64,000 nt of DNA from Rhynchopus sp. YZ270_cl-10 (lineage: Eukaryota), in the NCBI GenBank assembly GCA_964035575.1, contig OZ037837.1, forward strand, positions 1,302,001 to 1,366,000, read 5' to 3'. Below the pieces are notes generated by a model. The model searched no databases. It was not told the DNA's origin and saw nothing but the letters and a program-made list of their open reading frames with translations. Shown one piece after another: positions 20,212 to 31,336 of this stretch; the first letter of the stretch is position 1; each line of letters opens with the position of its first letter. A program made the translations under genes and the position numbers.

Positions 20212-20249
20212 TTAGGGGGAGGAGGGGGCAATCAACAACCCTACAGGAA

Positions 20250-20342
20250 GGTGAAGTAAATGATTTGACTTGTGATTTCACCGTTGTAAACCAAACGGTG
20301 AAACCACAAGTAAAAACCACAAGTCAAATCATTTACTTCACC
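20250..20342. repeat. Short foldback (25-bp arms), MITE-like
   Basis: ggtgaagtaaatgatttgacttgtg ... cacaagtcaaatcatttacttcacc; a degenerate relative lies at ~29615-29665. Confidence 0.7.
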
Positions 20343-21071
20343 GTCGTGTGTACGGAACGTCAGTACCCAACTTCACCTTGTTAATCCCAAAAAAAAGCAG
20401 TGTCAATGCAACAAAAGATGCGACGCACAAAATTTTCCCCTCCCTCTTCCCCCCCTTTTTTTTTTCTCCCCCCACGGAGTGTCAGTTCATTCGTCCGCTG
20501 TCAACTTCATCATTTTAGACAGATCTTGCGCTAAAGATATGTGTACAAAAAAAGGCTAAAAAACCCACATGCATCTTCTGCATATTTTCTTGTCCCACCC
20601 TCTGAGTGTCCCCTTTGTGCTCTTCCTCCCTCCTCCCTCTCTCTCCCTCCTTTCGTTCTTTTAAAAGATGAAAAAATAAAAAAAAGATATCTGTGCACGA
20701 AGAGGCATATCTTACAATTTTTTTGCTTTATTTTCTCCCCATTCTCAACCTCTTCCCTTTACTGTCCTATACCCAACCACCTACCCTATGCTGCAGAAGT
20801 GCGTAACAGAGGTGAACACGGATCACCCACTACATTGTTATTTTTTTTTTGCAACTGACGCGCTGGAGAGGCCCTGGCCAAACATGGCGTGTTAGGGGAA
20901 ATATATTCGTCGCACAGATTAGATCAGAGACCCCACCCGATATGTTTCTCATTTTACCTCTTTTGTGCTCCGCCACCGACACTCCCATTTTCTGTACTTC
21001 AGGCAATAATCATATACCATCACACACTGACACAGTCCGCGTGTGCTGGAAACAATCAATTTTTTCAAAAA

Positions 21072-24000
21072 AAAAGAAGGATTATATTTTGTGTAACCAA
21101 ATATCAGCCTTTTTGTTTTCGGCTAGCCAACTCTGCAACCGATTCAGAAATCATGAGAGATGATTTCTGCAACCGACTCACAAATCATGTGATATGATTA
21201 CAATGTTATGCAAAACGTGACCATGACATTTAAAAATTTCTCACTGTTTTGTATATCCTACGGTTTGCCTAGGTGGTAGAGACTAGTCAACCCCCCCTCC
21301 CCTCTTCCTCAAGGAAAGAAAGAAAGCCTCCCCCCTCCCATTTCGCGGTTGGGCGTCTCCCACCCCATCCTCTTCGCTTTGTTCCTCCGGTGTCTGCTGC
21401 GCGTGTTCTGGTTTGAGTTATCTGTGTGATTGGGGTTCTATTGCCGAGTCATGGCACGTGTGCTGCCTGATGGGTGTCTTCCTTATCAGACGGTTCCTAA
21501 CAGTTTTTCTGACCGCAGGTGCGGTTCACGAGTGCCTTGACATGGGTGCTACGACTTCTTCTGGCTGTGACGGGTTTTTGTGTGTTGTGTGTTTCTTTGC
21601 TGTGGTGGTGCCTACACACGTGTGGCTTGTGTTTATCTTGTTAACCTCTGCAGACTGATTCTATGTGCCCTGTGTTGTGTGTCTCCAGTCTCCTCCTCTT
21701 CTATGTCGTCTTGCTTGCCTCATCTTCTCCGTAATTGTTGTGTCTGAGGTGTCTGTGGTATGTATCTCTCATCTGGTAAATAGATATGGGTACTCGAGCT
21801 CCTTCCTTTCATGAGTGCTTCATCGAGTACCTACTGTTCCCTGCCGGTGGGCTCTTCCTTGCGCGTCTGTCTGCCTGCTTAGTTCTCGAGTACCTACTCT
21901 TAGTTACGTGGTGTGTATCGGGTAGCGTTGGTATAAATAATTCCCGCCGCCTATCCATAGGTGTAGCGTTGGTATAAATAATTCCCGCCGCCTATCCATA
22001 GGTGTAGCGTTGGTATAAATAAGTCCCGCCGCCTATCCATAGGTGTAGCGTTGGTATAAATAATTCCCGCCGCCTATCCATAGGTGTAGCGTTGGTATAA
22101 ATAAGTCCCGCCGCCTATCCATAGGTGTAGCGTTGGTATAAATAAGTCCCGCCGCCTATCCATAGGTGTAACGTTGAAGATCTGTGTGTTTCTCGGGGGC
22201 CGGTCCTTGACCATGCGCCGATGCGTTCTGTACTCTGTCCGTGTGGTCGGTCCTGCCCGTGGTACCTCTATCCTCTGTGTGTGTCGTATACCCTTTCCTA
22301 CCGTGGTGATCAGGTCTGCCTGTCCCCCTTCCGGTTCTTGGTCGTCTGGGTGTGTGGTCATGAGTATGTCTTCTACCTTCAGTCCTCTTCTTCCCTTGCC
22401 TGTCTTGTTCGCCGAGTTCTTTCCTGTCTCTGTTGCATCTGTCGGGTCTGAGGTGTCTATGTGGTGTGCGATACCTTGGCTGGAACAGCGCATCTTCGTA
22501 CCCACGCACGTGGAGGATCCTGCTGCGCTACCACCCGCGACCCGGCTACGGAATACGACGTCTGCCCCTGCTGTACCCAACACGCATGCGTCTGCTGCCC
22601 CGAGTGCGCCTTCCCCAAGTACGGCTCCATCTGTGCTGTGCACCCGTGCGACGAGCACCAGTGCGATGCTGTAGGTGCTGTAGTGCCGCTGGGATCTTTC
22701 TGCGTCAGCCAAGAGTGATGTATGGAGGCATCGACCGGTACGAGGCCAGGCACCTTACGCAGTGGATGTACGGACACGACGCTCAGTTGAGGCTACGTGC
22801 CGGTGGTGTGTCTGTGTTCGGGATTATGGCCGCTTGGACTTCCGCAGTTTCCGGGTTGACGAGGCTGTGGTCGCTTGTGAGTGAGCCGGTGAGGGCACTG
22901 CATGAACCTGATGCTGGGCAGGATCCTTCTGTGCCGTGCATCTTCTACGGGCCGTACTTGTCTGCGAAGCAGGTGGTGGTTTCAACGACGCCTCTCAGTG
23001 TGGCGATGGCAGTGATAGCCGACTATGCGTACGATGTTCCCTGTGTGTGGCTCGACGCATACCGCTACGTGAGTTCGTGTGTAATAGGATCTGCTTGATT
23101 TGTGATGGTGTCTTCAATCTATTCCTCTTCCCACTATGCCTCGTCTTGTTCGCCTCGTTCTCTCCGGTACCCCTTTGCGTCTGTCGGGTCTGAGGAGTCT
23201 AAGTGTTGTGTGATCTCTTGTGTCGTAGGTGGCTAGGCGTGTGAGGCTTGCGTCCATCTTATGATCTTTAATGACACACTGCCGCTAGTTCTTTGCATTT
23301 CACGTTTCATTGATCTGAGCCACGCAGTGTTTTCCGTATGGTTTGTGAGTCGTGTAGTATCTTCGGATTCTTCCTCTCAGTTCGTCCGACTGACTGTTGG
23401 TGTGTGACCCTGTCCGAACCAAGAGAGTCTTGGTTATTTGAGTATTTAACTTCCACATAGTTGTTTTTCCATCTGTGCGAGTAGAACCCTCGCCGAGCCA
23501 AGAGTGTCTGGGTGGCTTGAGATTCAGAAGAATTTCTCTCTATTCGCCGAGCTGCCTGTGTGTGCTATGAACTCTGTCCAAGTCTGAGTTCTCTGGGTTC
23601 TTGTGACAGGATGCTCCTCCTTCTTGGGGGCTGTCTACCTGGTGTTGGGTGTCTATGATATGTTGCTGTTCCTGCCCCTGCCAGTTCGCCTTTCCGGTAT
23701 GTCTTGCGACGCTTCGGCGTGGCTCAGTGCCGCGCCTGGACGCCAGAGCGATCCTGCTTGTGTATGGTGGCAGCACGGACATTGCGGCGATGTGGTAGGA
23801 GCCTCCGTGTTTTTGCCGCTTAGTTGAGGCTCCGTGCCGATGTCGTGTCTGTGTGTGGGATTGCGAGGCGCCGCTTAGTCTTCCGTACTTTCCGGTCTGA
23901 CAACGGCAATGAGGTTGTGGTCGCTTGTGGGCGGGCCGGTGAAGGCACTTCATGAACCTGACGCTGGGCAAGGTTCCTTCTATGCCGATCGCCTTCTGCG

Positions 24001-26275
24001 TGACGAACAAGAAGTCTGCTAGCAGAGGATTCGTGGTTCAACGATGCTTCTCAGTGTGCGCGACGGCGGTGGTAGCCTCCTGTGAGTGTGTGTTTTTATG
24101 CGTATGGCACGATACAGACCTGCTGCGTGAGTCCGTGTGCGACACGCTGGATACCTATGTTACGGACGCCGCGGACCCTTGCCGTGCGGATTTCTCCCTC
24201 GTATACCGCTGCTTCTTCTGACTCCCTGACATCATTGCTCCGTCGTTCTCGTCCTTCCGATGAACTCCTCACCTGCGTTGGGATATGAAAGCCAGAGATC
24301 TGCGTTGGGGATTTCATTATCTCTGAAGCTTTCTGGATTTCTCAAATTATCGTAGCGGTTCAGATCTCGAAATTTCATCTGAAAGAATTTCAGTGACGAG
24401 ATCAAAACACGCACGATTTTTCCCATCGCAGTTGAGCGATTCGGTAAGCTCAATCAAGCAAACAAAAGGTTAAAGAGGTAGGCGTTACGAAAACAAAAGA
24501 AGGATTATATTTTGTGTAACCAAATATCAGCCTTTTTGTTTTCGGCTAGCCAACTCTGCAACCGATTCAGAAATCATGAGAGATGATTTCTGCAACCGAC
24601 TCACAAATCATGTGATATGATTACAATGTTATGCAAAACGTGACCATGACATTTAAAAATTTCTCCCGCCCACCCACACCTGAGTAACTCTCTACGGTAT
24701 CATGGTTCACGTTTCTCTTCGCTGCACTCTCGTGGTGCAGATACGCCTGCGTTGCCTTCGTTGACGGGCACATCCTTCCCGGGTAATTTCGTGGTGTCTG
24801 CCCTCTCCTTATCTGCCATCACGGTACCGCACATTCCCTCCCGCACTTCGGAGTGGTCTTCGCGTGGATCCTCCCATTCCTCGGCTGACCTAGCTAGTGA
24901 ACGCGCGTGATATACTTTGTCGACTACGCTTGCTTCCATGGAGAAGTCTTCCTCTTCACCTGGCCTACACTGACTAGCTGACCTGCTGGATGGGCGCCAG
25001 ACTGTCTGGATGGAGACCTCCGTTTGGCCCCGTAGAGGTAGTTCACACTGGGCGTATTCATGGTGACGATGTACACGGCGTTGTCCATCCTCGTTTACGG
25101 CTGGTCGTCATCGCGAGGAGCTGAAGGTGCACACCGCAGTTTTCGCTACGATTGGCTGCCCTGCGGGTGTCTTCAGCGCGGAGCGTCTCAAAGAGAAGCG
25201 GATCCGTGTGCACGATTCTACATGTCGCTGAAGGTGTAGGACGCTGCTGCTGCTGTAGAGATGGCGCGTTCATCTAGGGTGCATGGATAAGAGGCAGGCA
25301 CTTTTTCCGCCGTAGCTTGGGAATGTGTGGCAGTCGGTTGTAGGGATTTGTGCTGTACATCGCTGCCACCACTGAGCGGGCCGTCCTTATCACGATCTGC
25401 CAGGAAGTGCGCTGCATCGAGGCTATGTGTACTAGCTGCTTACTGACGGTAGGCTTGCGCTCCTCCCCGAGATGCGTCACTACAAGTTTGCGGATCGACC
25501 ACATCTACGACGTGCAAGGGCAATGTATCGCCAGAGGGTTTAGATAGGCATTGTCTGCGATCTTGGATAAACGGTATGGCGAAGAGGCGCAGGGTTGTGG
25601 CTGCTTCTTTGGAAAGAGGCTCACCAATACGTGAAAGGACTACGGTGAGCTGTCGCATGCGTCGTATTTACTTGCCTTTGGACAGGTCTCATAGAAAACG
25701 AACAACTCTCTGTCTATATCACGTCTTGAGAGGTTCGCAGACGCTGGCATGTACGAACCCTTGAACAGGATTGCGGCCCTGGCTGAGTTTGCCATGACCA
25801 CAGTAGTTCCTTGAAGTGCCGCAAGTTTATATTGGTCACGTGGCTATCGAAATCCATCTCTTCACGGCTCCAGGTTCGCTATGTACTGTCGGACGTCTTC
25901 CTGCTCCGGAGCAGTGAAGAGTCCTCTGCAGGACTTTCTCACGGAGGTCCCCCCCCCAACTGCGCTCATACGGATTAGGGCCGGCGGGACACGCTGTTCG
26001 ATGTGTCAAGGTTCTCTAGATTCAAACATTTCATGGATAACCAGCTTCATTACCTTATATGATTATGTTTTCGCGCCCACCCTGGGGATTTCATTATCTC
26101 TGAAGCTTTCTGGATTTCTCAAATTATCGTAGCGGTTCAGATCTCGAAATTTCATCTGAAAGAATTTCAGTGACGAGATCAAAACACGCACGATTTTTCC
26201 CATCGCAGTTGAGCGATTCGGTAAGCTCAATCAAGCAAACAAAAGGTTAAAGAGGTAGGCGTTACGAAAACAAAA
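21072..26275. mobile_element. Element with split direct repeats A1...B1A2...B2 (non-autonomous tyrosine-recombinase retroelement-like, or head-to-tail dimer of same-ended elements)
   Basis: A (171 bp) at 21072-21242 and 24495-24665; B (193 bp) at 24306-24498 and 26083-26275. Copies appear identical by eye. Both outer flanks are A-runs, and there is no intact internal ORF. Confidence 0.72.
21922..22176. repeat. 41-bp tandem repeat, 6 full units + partial
   Basis: Unit gtagcgttggtataaataa(t/g)tcccgccgcctatccataggt, head-to-tail, with no spacers. Confidence 0.95.
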
Positions 26276-27695
26276 AAAAAAAAAAAAAAAAAAAGAGTGT
26301 CGGCAGGTGGAAGCGTGCAATGCAACAAACGGTCGAGATCTGATCAAGCGAAACGGATATATTTTCGATGATGTGCACGAGATAAGCATATTCATCTGCC
26401 TTCTCTTTGTTCTTCATAAGCCCATTCAAATACCCTCAAAGCCCTGTCTTTTTGGTATAGTCATTGCTAGGAGGGGGTGTTTTTTTTGCGGCAAAACGAA
26501 GAACGACCGAAAAATTTGAAATTTTAAAATCGTTGTTTTCCCCATTTTCAAATGAAAGCAGTTTTCTTTTCTGTCACCTCATGAAGGAGGAAATAGAAAC
26601 AAAGCATTTTGAACATACTTTGCGGTTCAGGGGACGAACTCGCGCTGCAGAAGCCACTCCTCACCAAACAGGTTGAGGGTGTGTGCGTTTCACAACCTCT
26701 CCCCTTGGGTTTTATCGTGTGATGAGTGTTAAGTTTCTATTCTCTACCCCCCCCCCGGAGAAAACTGTCGGAGCTCATAGTTGATACGAGCATTGATTTT
26801 TGGATTGGAGAGCAACCTTTGTTATATATTTTATTATTTTTACAGTGCAGTGCACATCCTCGGGATGTCTGCAACTAATATGCCCAAAGGTTTCAAAAAT
26901 AAAACAACGTGGATTGCCCCCGTTCGCGGGGGGAGGTACACGTTGCCAGTTTTCAAAAATAAGTATATAAAACCCATTTACCCCCTTTTCACTTTTTTTG
27001 ACCAGGCGTTTAGCAAATGTCCTTTGGTCATTTTTTCCCCCCCCGTTGACACCTACCTCATTGGGCTGTTGTCGGTATGGCATGAGGTGAAATATAGCAC
27101 CCCGTAAGGATGTGGGGACCTGACTAGAGGTACCTTCTTCTTGGGGTGTCATTTTTTTTCTTCAGAGTCAGAAGCCGGCCGCTGCCCAAAATCTTAGTGT
27201 TGTATACCTTTTTACCGTTCCCTCTCCCATTTTTATCCTTCTCTCCCTCCCCGTTCCCTCCCTGATTGTAAAATTTTCAACTTTCTTGCCTTCCAACTTG
27301 CAGCTGTGGTGTGGCTCAAAAACCCCCCTTTTGTACCACAAGAGGAGTAAAAAAAAACACTTTATTTTGGCGTGAGTCACACACAGATTGCACAACAAAA
27401 AAAAAATCGCATTTGATCAGTATGGGGCGGAAAGATTCGCGTCGGCACGAAATTAAGAAAACAAAAACAATATGGCTCGTTCCGAGGGCAAGCTAGATCA
27501 TCGTTTTTCTTTTTTTTTCGTGTGTCGTGAGTTTTTGTGCCCAACTGTATGTACCCCAAATAGTATCTATCCAACCCATTGTTGTTGTTCCCAACCCCCC
27601 ACCTACACCCGCATAAGATGGTTTTCCTAATCGCAAAAAAAAATATAGTGGAGATTGCACAACTGAGGCAACTACACTACTCCCAACAATTTATA

Positions 27696-28093
27696 TACCG
27701 TAATTGTAAAAATATTGGGGCGTAAAAAAGTTGAAACGTAAAAATGTTGGGCCGTAAAAATGTTGGGACAGCTGGGCGAAAAATTCCCGTCCCAACATTT
27801 TTACGGCCCAACATATTTACGTTCGGGAATTTTTACGTAGATTTTGTTAGGGAAGATTTGTCTTAGCTAGCAAAAAAAAAATTTTTTTTTTTCGATTACC
27901 TAGCGAGTAGGCGGGTTGAACGTCACTGGCACGTGTCAAAGTTTTCAAGAGGGCGTGGGAAAAAAACGCTAAGACAAATAGGCTCAAGCCAAAGTAGCCC
28001 AAAAAATGTTGGGCCGTAAAAATGTTGGGACGAGCGAGCCTTTTTTGGGCTGTCCCAACATTTTTACGGCCCAACATTTTTACAATTACGGTA
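27696..28093. mobile_element. Tc1/pogo-like MITE with TA target-site duplication
   Basis: TIRs taccgtaattgtaaaaat / atttttacaattacggta flanked by TA; subterminal tgttgggccgtaaaaa repeats; an empty-site paralog of the left flank lies at ~28514-28578. Confidence 0.85.
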
Positions 28094-31000
28094 TAAAAAA
28101 AGAGCGCACCCTTGGGTGCTCTCCATAAACACCACAAACCCGCAAATAAAGGGGGCAACAGTATTGAAGTGTACCATTGGTAAGCAATGGTATTTCAATG
28201 ATATAGGTGAGTGACGACACCTCCCCTTTTTTTGTCAGTTGTGTGCACGTTTAGGAAAGGCAACTTCCTATTAAGCCCGCCGACTCCATTTTTCTTGGAG
28301 CCTCCAGGGACCGTACATGCTCCGTTCCCCAAGGAATGGTAAAAAAGTTTTCAAATAAATCAATTATGGGCTTACTATAATTGGTTACAAACAGTGCTCC
28401 AGAGTAGAGGGCGCTCCCGCACAATAATTAAAAAAACCCATTCGCGAATCCCTCAATCAATCTACACTATTACAAATCTTTATAAAATACGTACTGCTAT
28501 ACCCCTAACAAAAGTGGAGATTGCACAACTGTGGCAACACAACGGGCAACTACACTACTCCAACAATTTATAAAAAAACAAAAACAAAAACAAAAGCAAA
28601 ATTAACAAAAAAATTTAAAAAAAGCAATCCATTCGAAGGCCCCCTTCAACAACTTGGAATGCCCACTCAAGGGATTCCCAATAATTTTGCTTTTTTTTTT
28701 TTTTTTTTGCCGTTTTTCAACACCCTCAGGACTCAAGCTTATAATTATCCTCTTTTTTTTTTTGTTCAGAACTACTCTAAACAGAATTAGAAGAAGAACA
28801 CCCACACTACCCTCAGAGGCAGTGCGGGGAAGCGATGAAAACCAAACTGGATACCATGGAAGCGAACAACAAACAACCTAAATTTTTCCTCTTCCCGTTT
28901 TTATCCTTTTGAGCAACAAGCAAAGAGTAACGAGTCTCTCGAGCATTTTTGGAGTCAGGCCAGCTTAGTGGGAGAGCTGCCACATCCAGGGGTGAGATGC
29001 GCTGCCTGTAAATGACTTCTCGAGTCCGCAGTACGCTTCGCAGGAGCTCGACTGAGCTGCGTTTTGAGCTGCGTTTTCACAACACCTTTTCAACCACCCC
29101 CTCGCCTGATGACTAACAAGAGGCTTATTCCGCAAACCCGCAAACCCAAAAGAGAAACCCCATTGATGCAGTTTTAGGTCCATCCCACGACCTAGGGGGT
29201 ATTTTTTACGCCCCATCCTTCTCCCCTCATCTGACTGAAAAGTTTCCCCGCTCCCGCTCCCGCTCCCGCTCCCGCTTGCATTCCATTTTTGTTTTTTTTT
29301 ACATCACCCAGCATTATTTTCTTTTTTTGTAAGATACTGAAAAGCTGAGTCATCTTCACATAGTTTCTGTTATTAACATAATAACAGTCAACCACACAAC
29401 CTCTTACACTCCATTACGTGGATTTTCCTCCTACGTCCTCCCCCCTGCGTCACTCGATCGGATACATAAGTAAATGCCTTGTGGTTTTATTAGTAGTTTC
29501 ATTGTCTTATTATAGGTCAAACGAAATTTGACAGGGGGAAAATGCAATGGTCGCTCTAACTGTTTTCACCCTTTGTGAAGATAGCTATTGACACTACCCG
29601 TAGTAGTTTTCATCAGCGAAACCACAATTAAAACTACAAATCAAGGTCATTTGCTTCACCGTTGTTAAAAACAGGGATACATAGAGATAGGCTGGTTGTG
29701 GTGAACTTTCATGGTACATAATTTTATTGAAAAATATGTGTGTTCAGGAGAGAGAGAATTTGTTATGAAGGAAGGTTCTGCGTGAGTAGTAGGCACTCTG
29801 AGTCATCTAAGTGCATGCTACATACAGCCAGCATCGTTCTCCCCCTTAGCCCCCTTAGTCTCCCCTCCACAGTGAAAAAAAAATACAAAAAATTAAAAAA
29901 GCCCAAAAAAAATAATACAAAGAGTACAAAAACATAAACATTTTCAAAAAAAAAATAACTTCCCCACAGTGTTGATATTCTTTGTGCTCCTTCCCATTTA
30001 TGGTTCAACCCCATTTCTCGTCTTGCCCCTCATTTTGGCCGTATAATATATAATAAGAACGCTTCCACCGAAGCGGTCCCGTGGTTGTCTATTGTCAGTA
30101 TAGCCAAGGACTTTCCACAAGGGAACACCAAAGGCCATTGAAATTCTCGCTGCGTACGTGTGCATTTGTTTTACATGAAGTGCCATTTTTGAGGGAATTT
30201 TTTTCTATATTTTTTTTTTTTTTTTTGTGGGGGGGAAAGTGCTCAAAGCCACGTATTGCTCCCCCCCCACCTTCCCCCGGTTTTCTTTTGTGTGTTTTTT
30301 TGAAAAAAAAATAGTTGTGGATTATTGACCGCTTTGTGAGTGTGTTTTTGTGCCTCCTTTTAACTGTGGGGTTAAAGGTGGCAATGCATGGTAAGAAAGT
30401 AATGACGAAAATGTAAGAGGCTGGCGCTCATCTTGAGACTACCTTCTATGACAAGAAAAGCGCCACACAAGAGAGATCATCGTGCTCGTCTGCGGTGGCG
30501 TAAAAATGTTTAGTATAGTGGAGCACACTCTACGGTGTCTACACTAATACAACCACGTTTTCAAAAGAAAAGAAAAGAAAAAAAAAGAAACAACAAATTT
30601 GATGAATAAAACGGTTTCCAAATGCATTTTTTTTACCAAAAAAAGTGTTGCTGTGTTTTTTTGAGTCATTTCAGAATATATTATTTTGGAGATACTGGTG
30701 TGGCGGACCAGGCGATTAAGACTCTTTTGGGCCATTCTTAGACCATCCAAAACCGTAAAATCCGCCACACCAGATACACAGTATTTTATTGAGGACATTT
30801 TATTTTATTTTTGCAATGCACCTTTTTTGTGACCCTGTCTTGCCATTTTCTTCCTGCCCCATTTTCTTCTTCTTTTTTGTGCAAAAACTTCACGTTTTCT
30901 TCTTCAGTGTCTGCATCTACCCATGAAACGGTTAGGTGTTTTGATGCACTTCCTACTTTATTACGCTTATTGTTACAGGAAAAAGTTTCCATATTTTTCA

Positions 31001-31336
31001 GAGTTTTGTACCCATACCAAAACCCTGTCCTGTCTGATACACAGGTACGACTTTGTGCAATGTAGGCAGTTTCACATGCTTTTTTGGTGAGCGGTTTGTG
31101 CACTCCACACTCCGCACCATTTACGGGCATGGCACGCCACAGTTTCTCTTTCACACGTTTTCTGCCATTGGTGCTGCTTCGTAGTCTCAGGAGCGACGCT
31201 CGCAACACCCGACAGGTTGTTACCCAAAAAGACCCACACCCTCTCATATTTTTGTACCTTGTTTCTGTCTTTTGTGCCATCCAACACCACACCACACCAC
31301 ACCCAGCAGTCTCTTCTTTTCGTACACCTCAGAACA

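Noticed and set aside
21922..22176. CRISPR array
   Set aside because: The units are contiguous 41-mers with no unique spacers, there are no cas genes, and the context is eukaryotic.
25440..25658. RNase H motif (SDAS) of a DIRS-type element on the minus strand
   Set aside because: Only a 4-residue match; surrounding RNase H, RT and recombinase motifs were not found.
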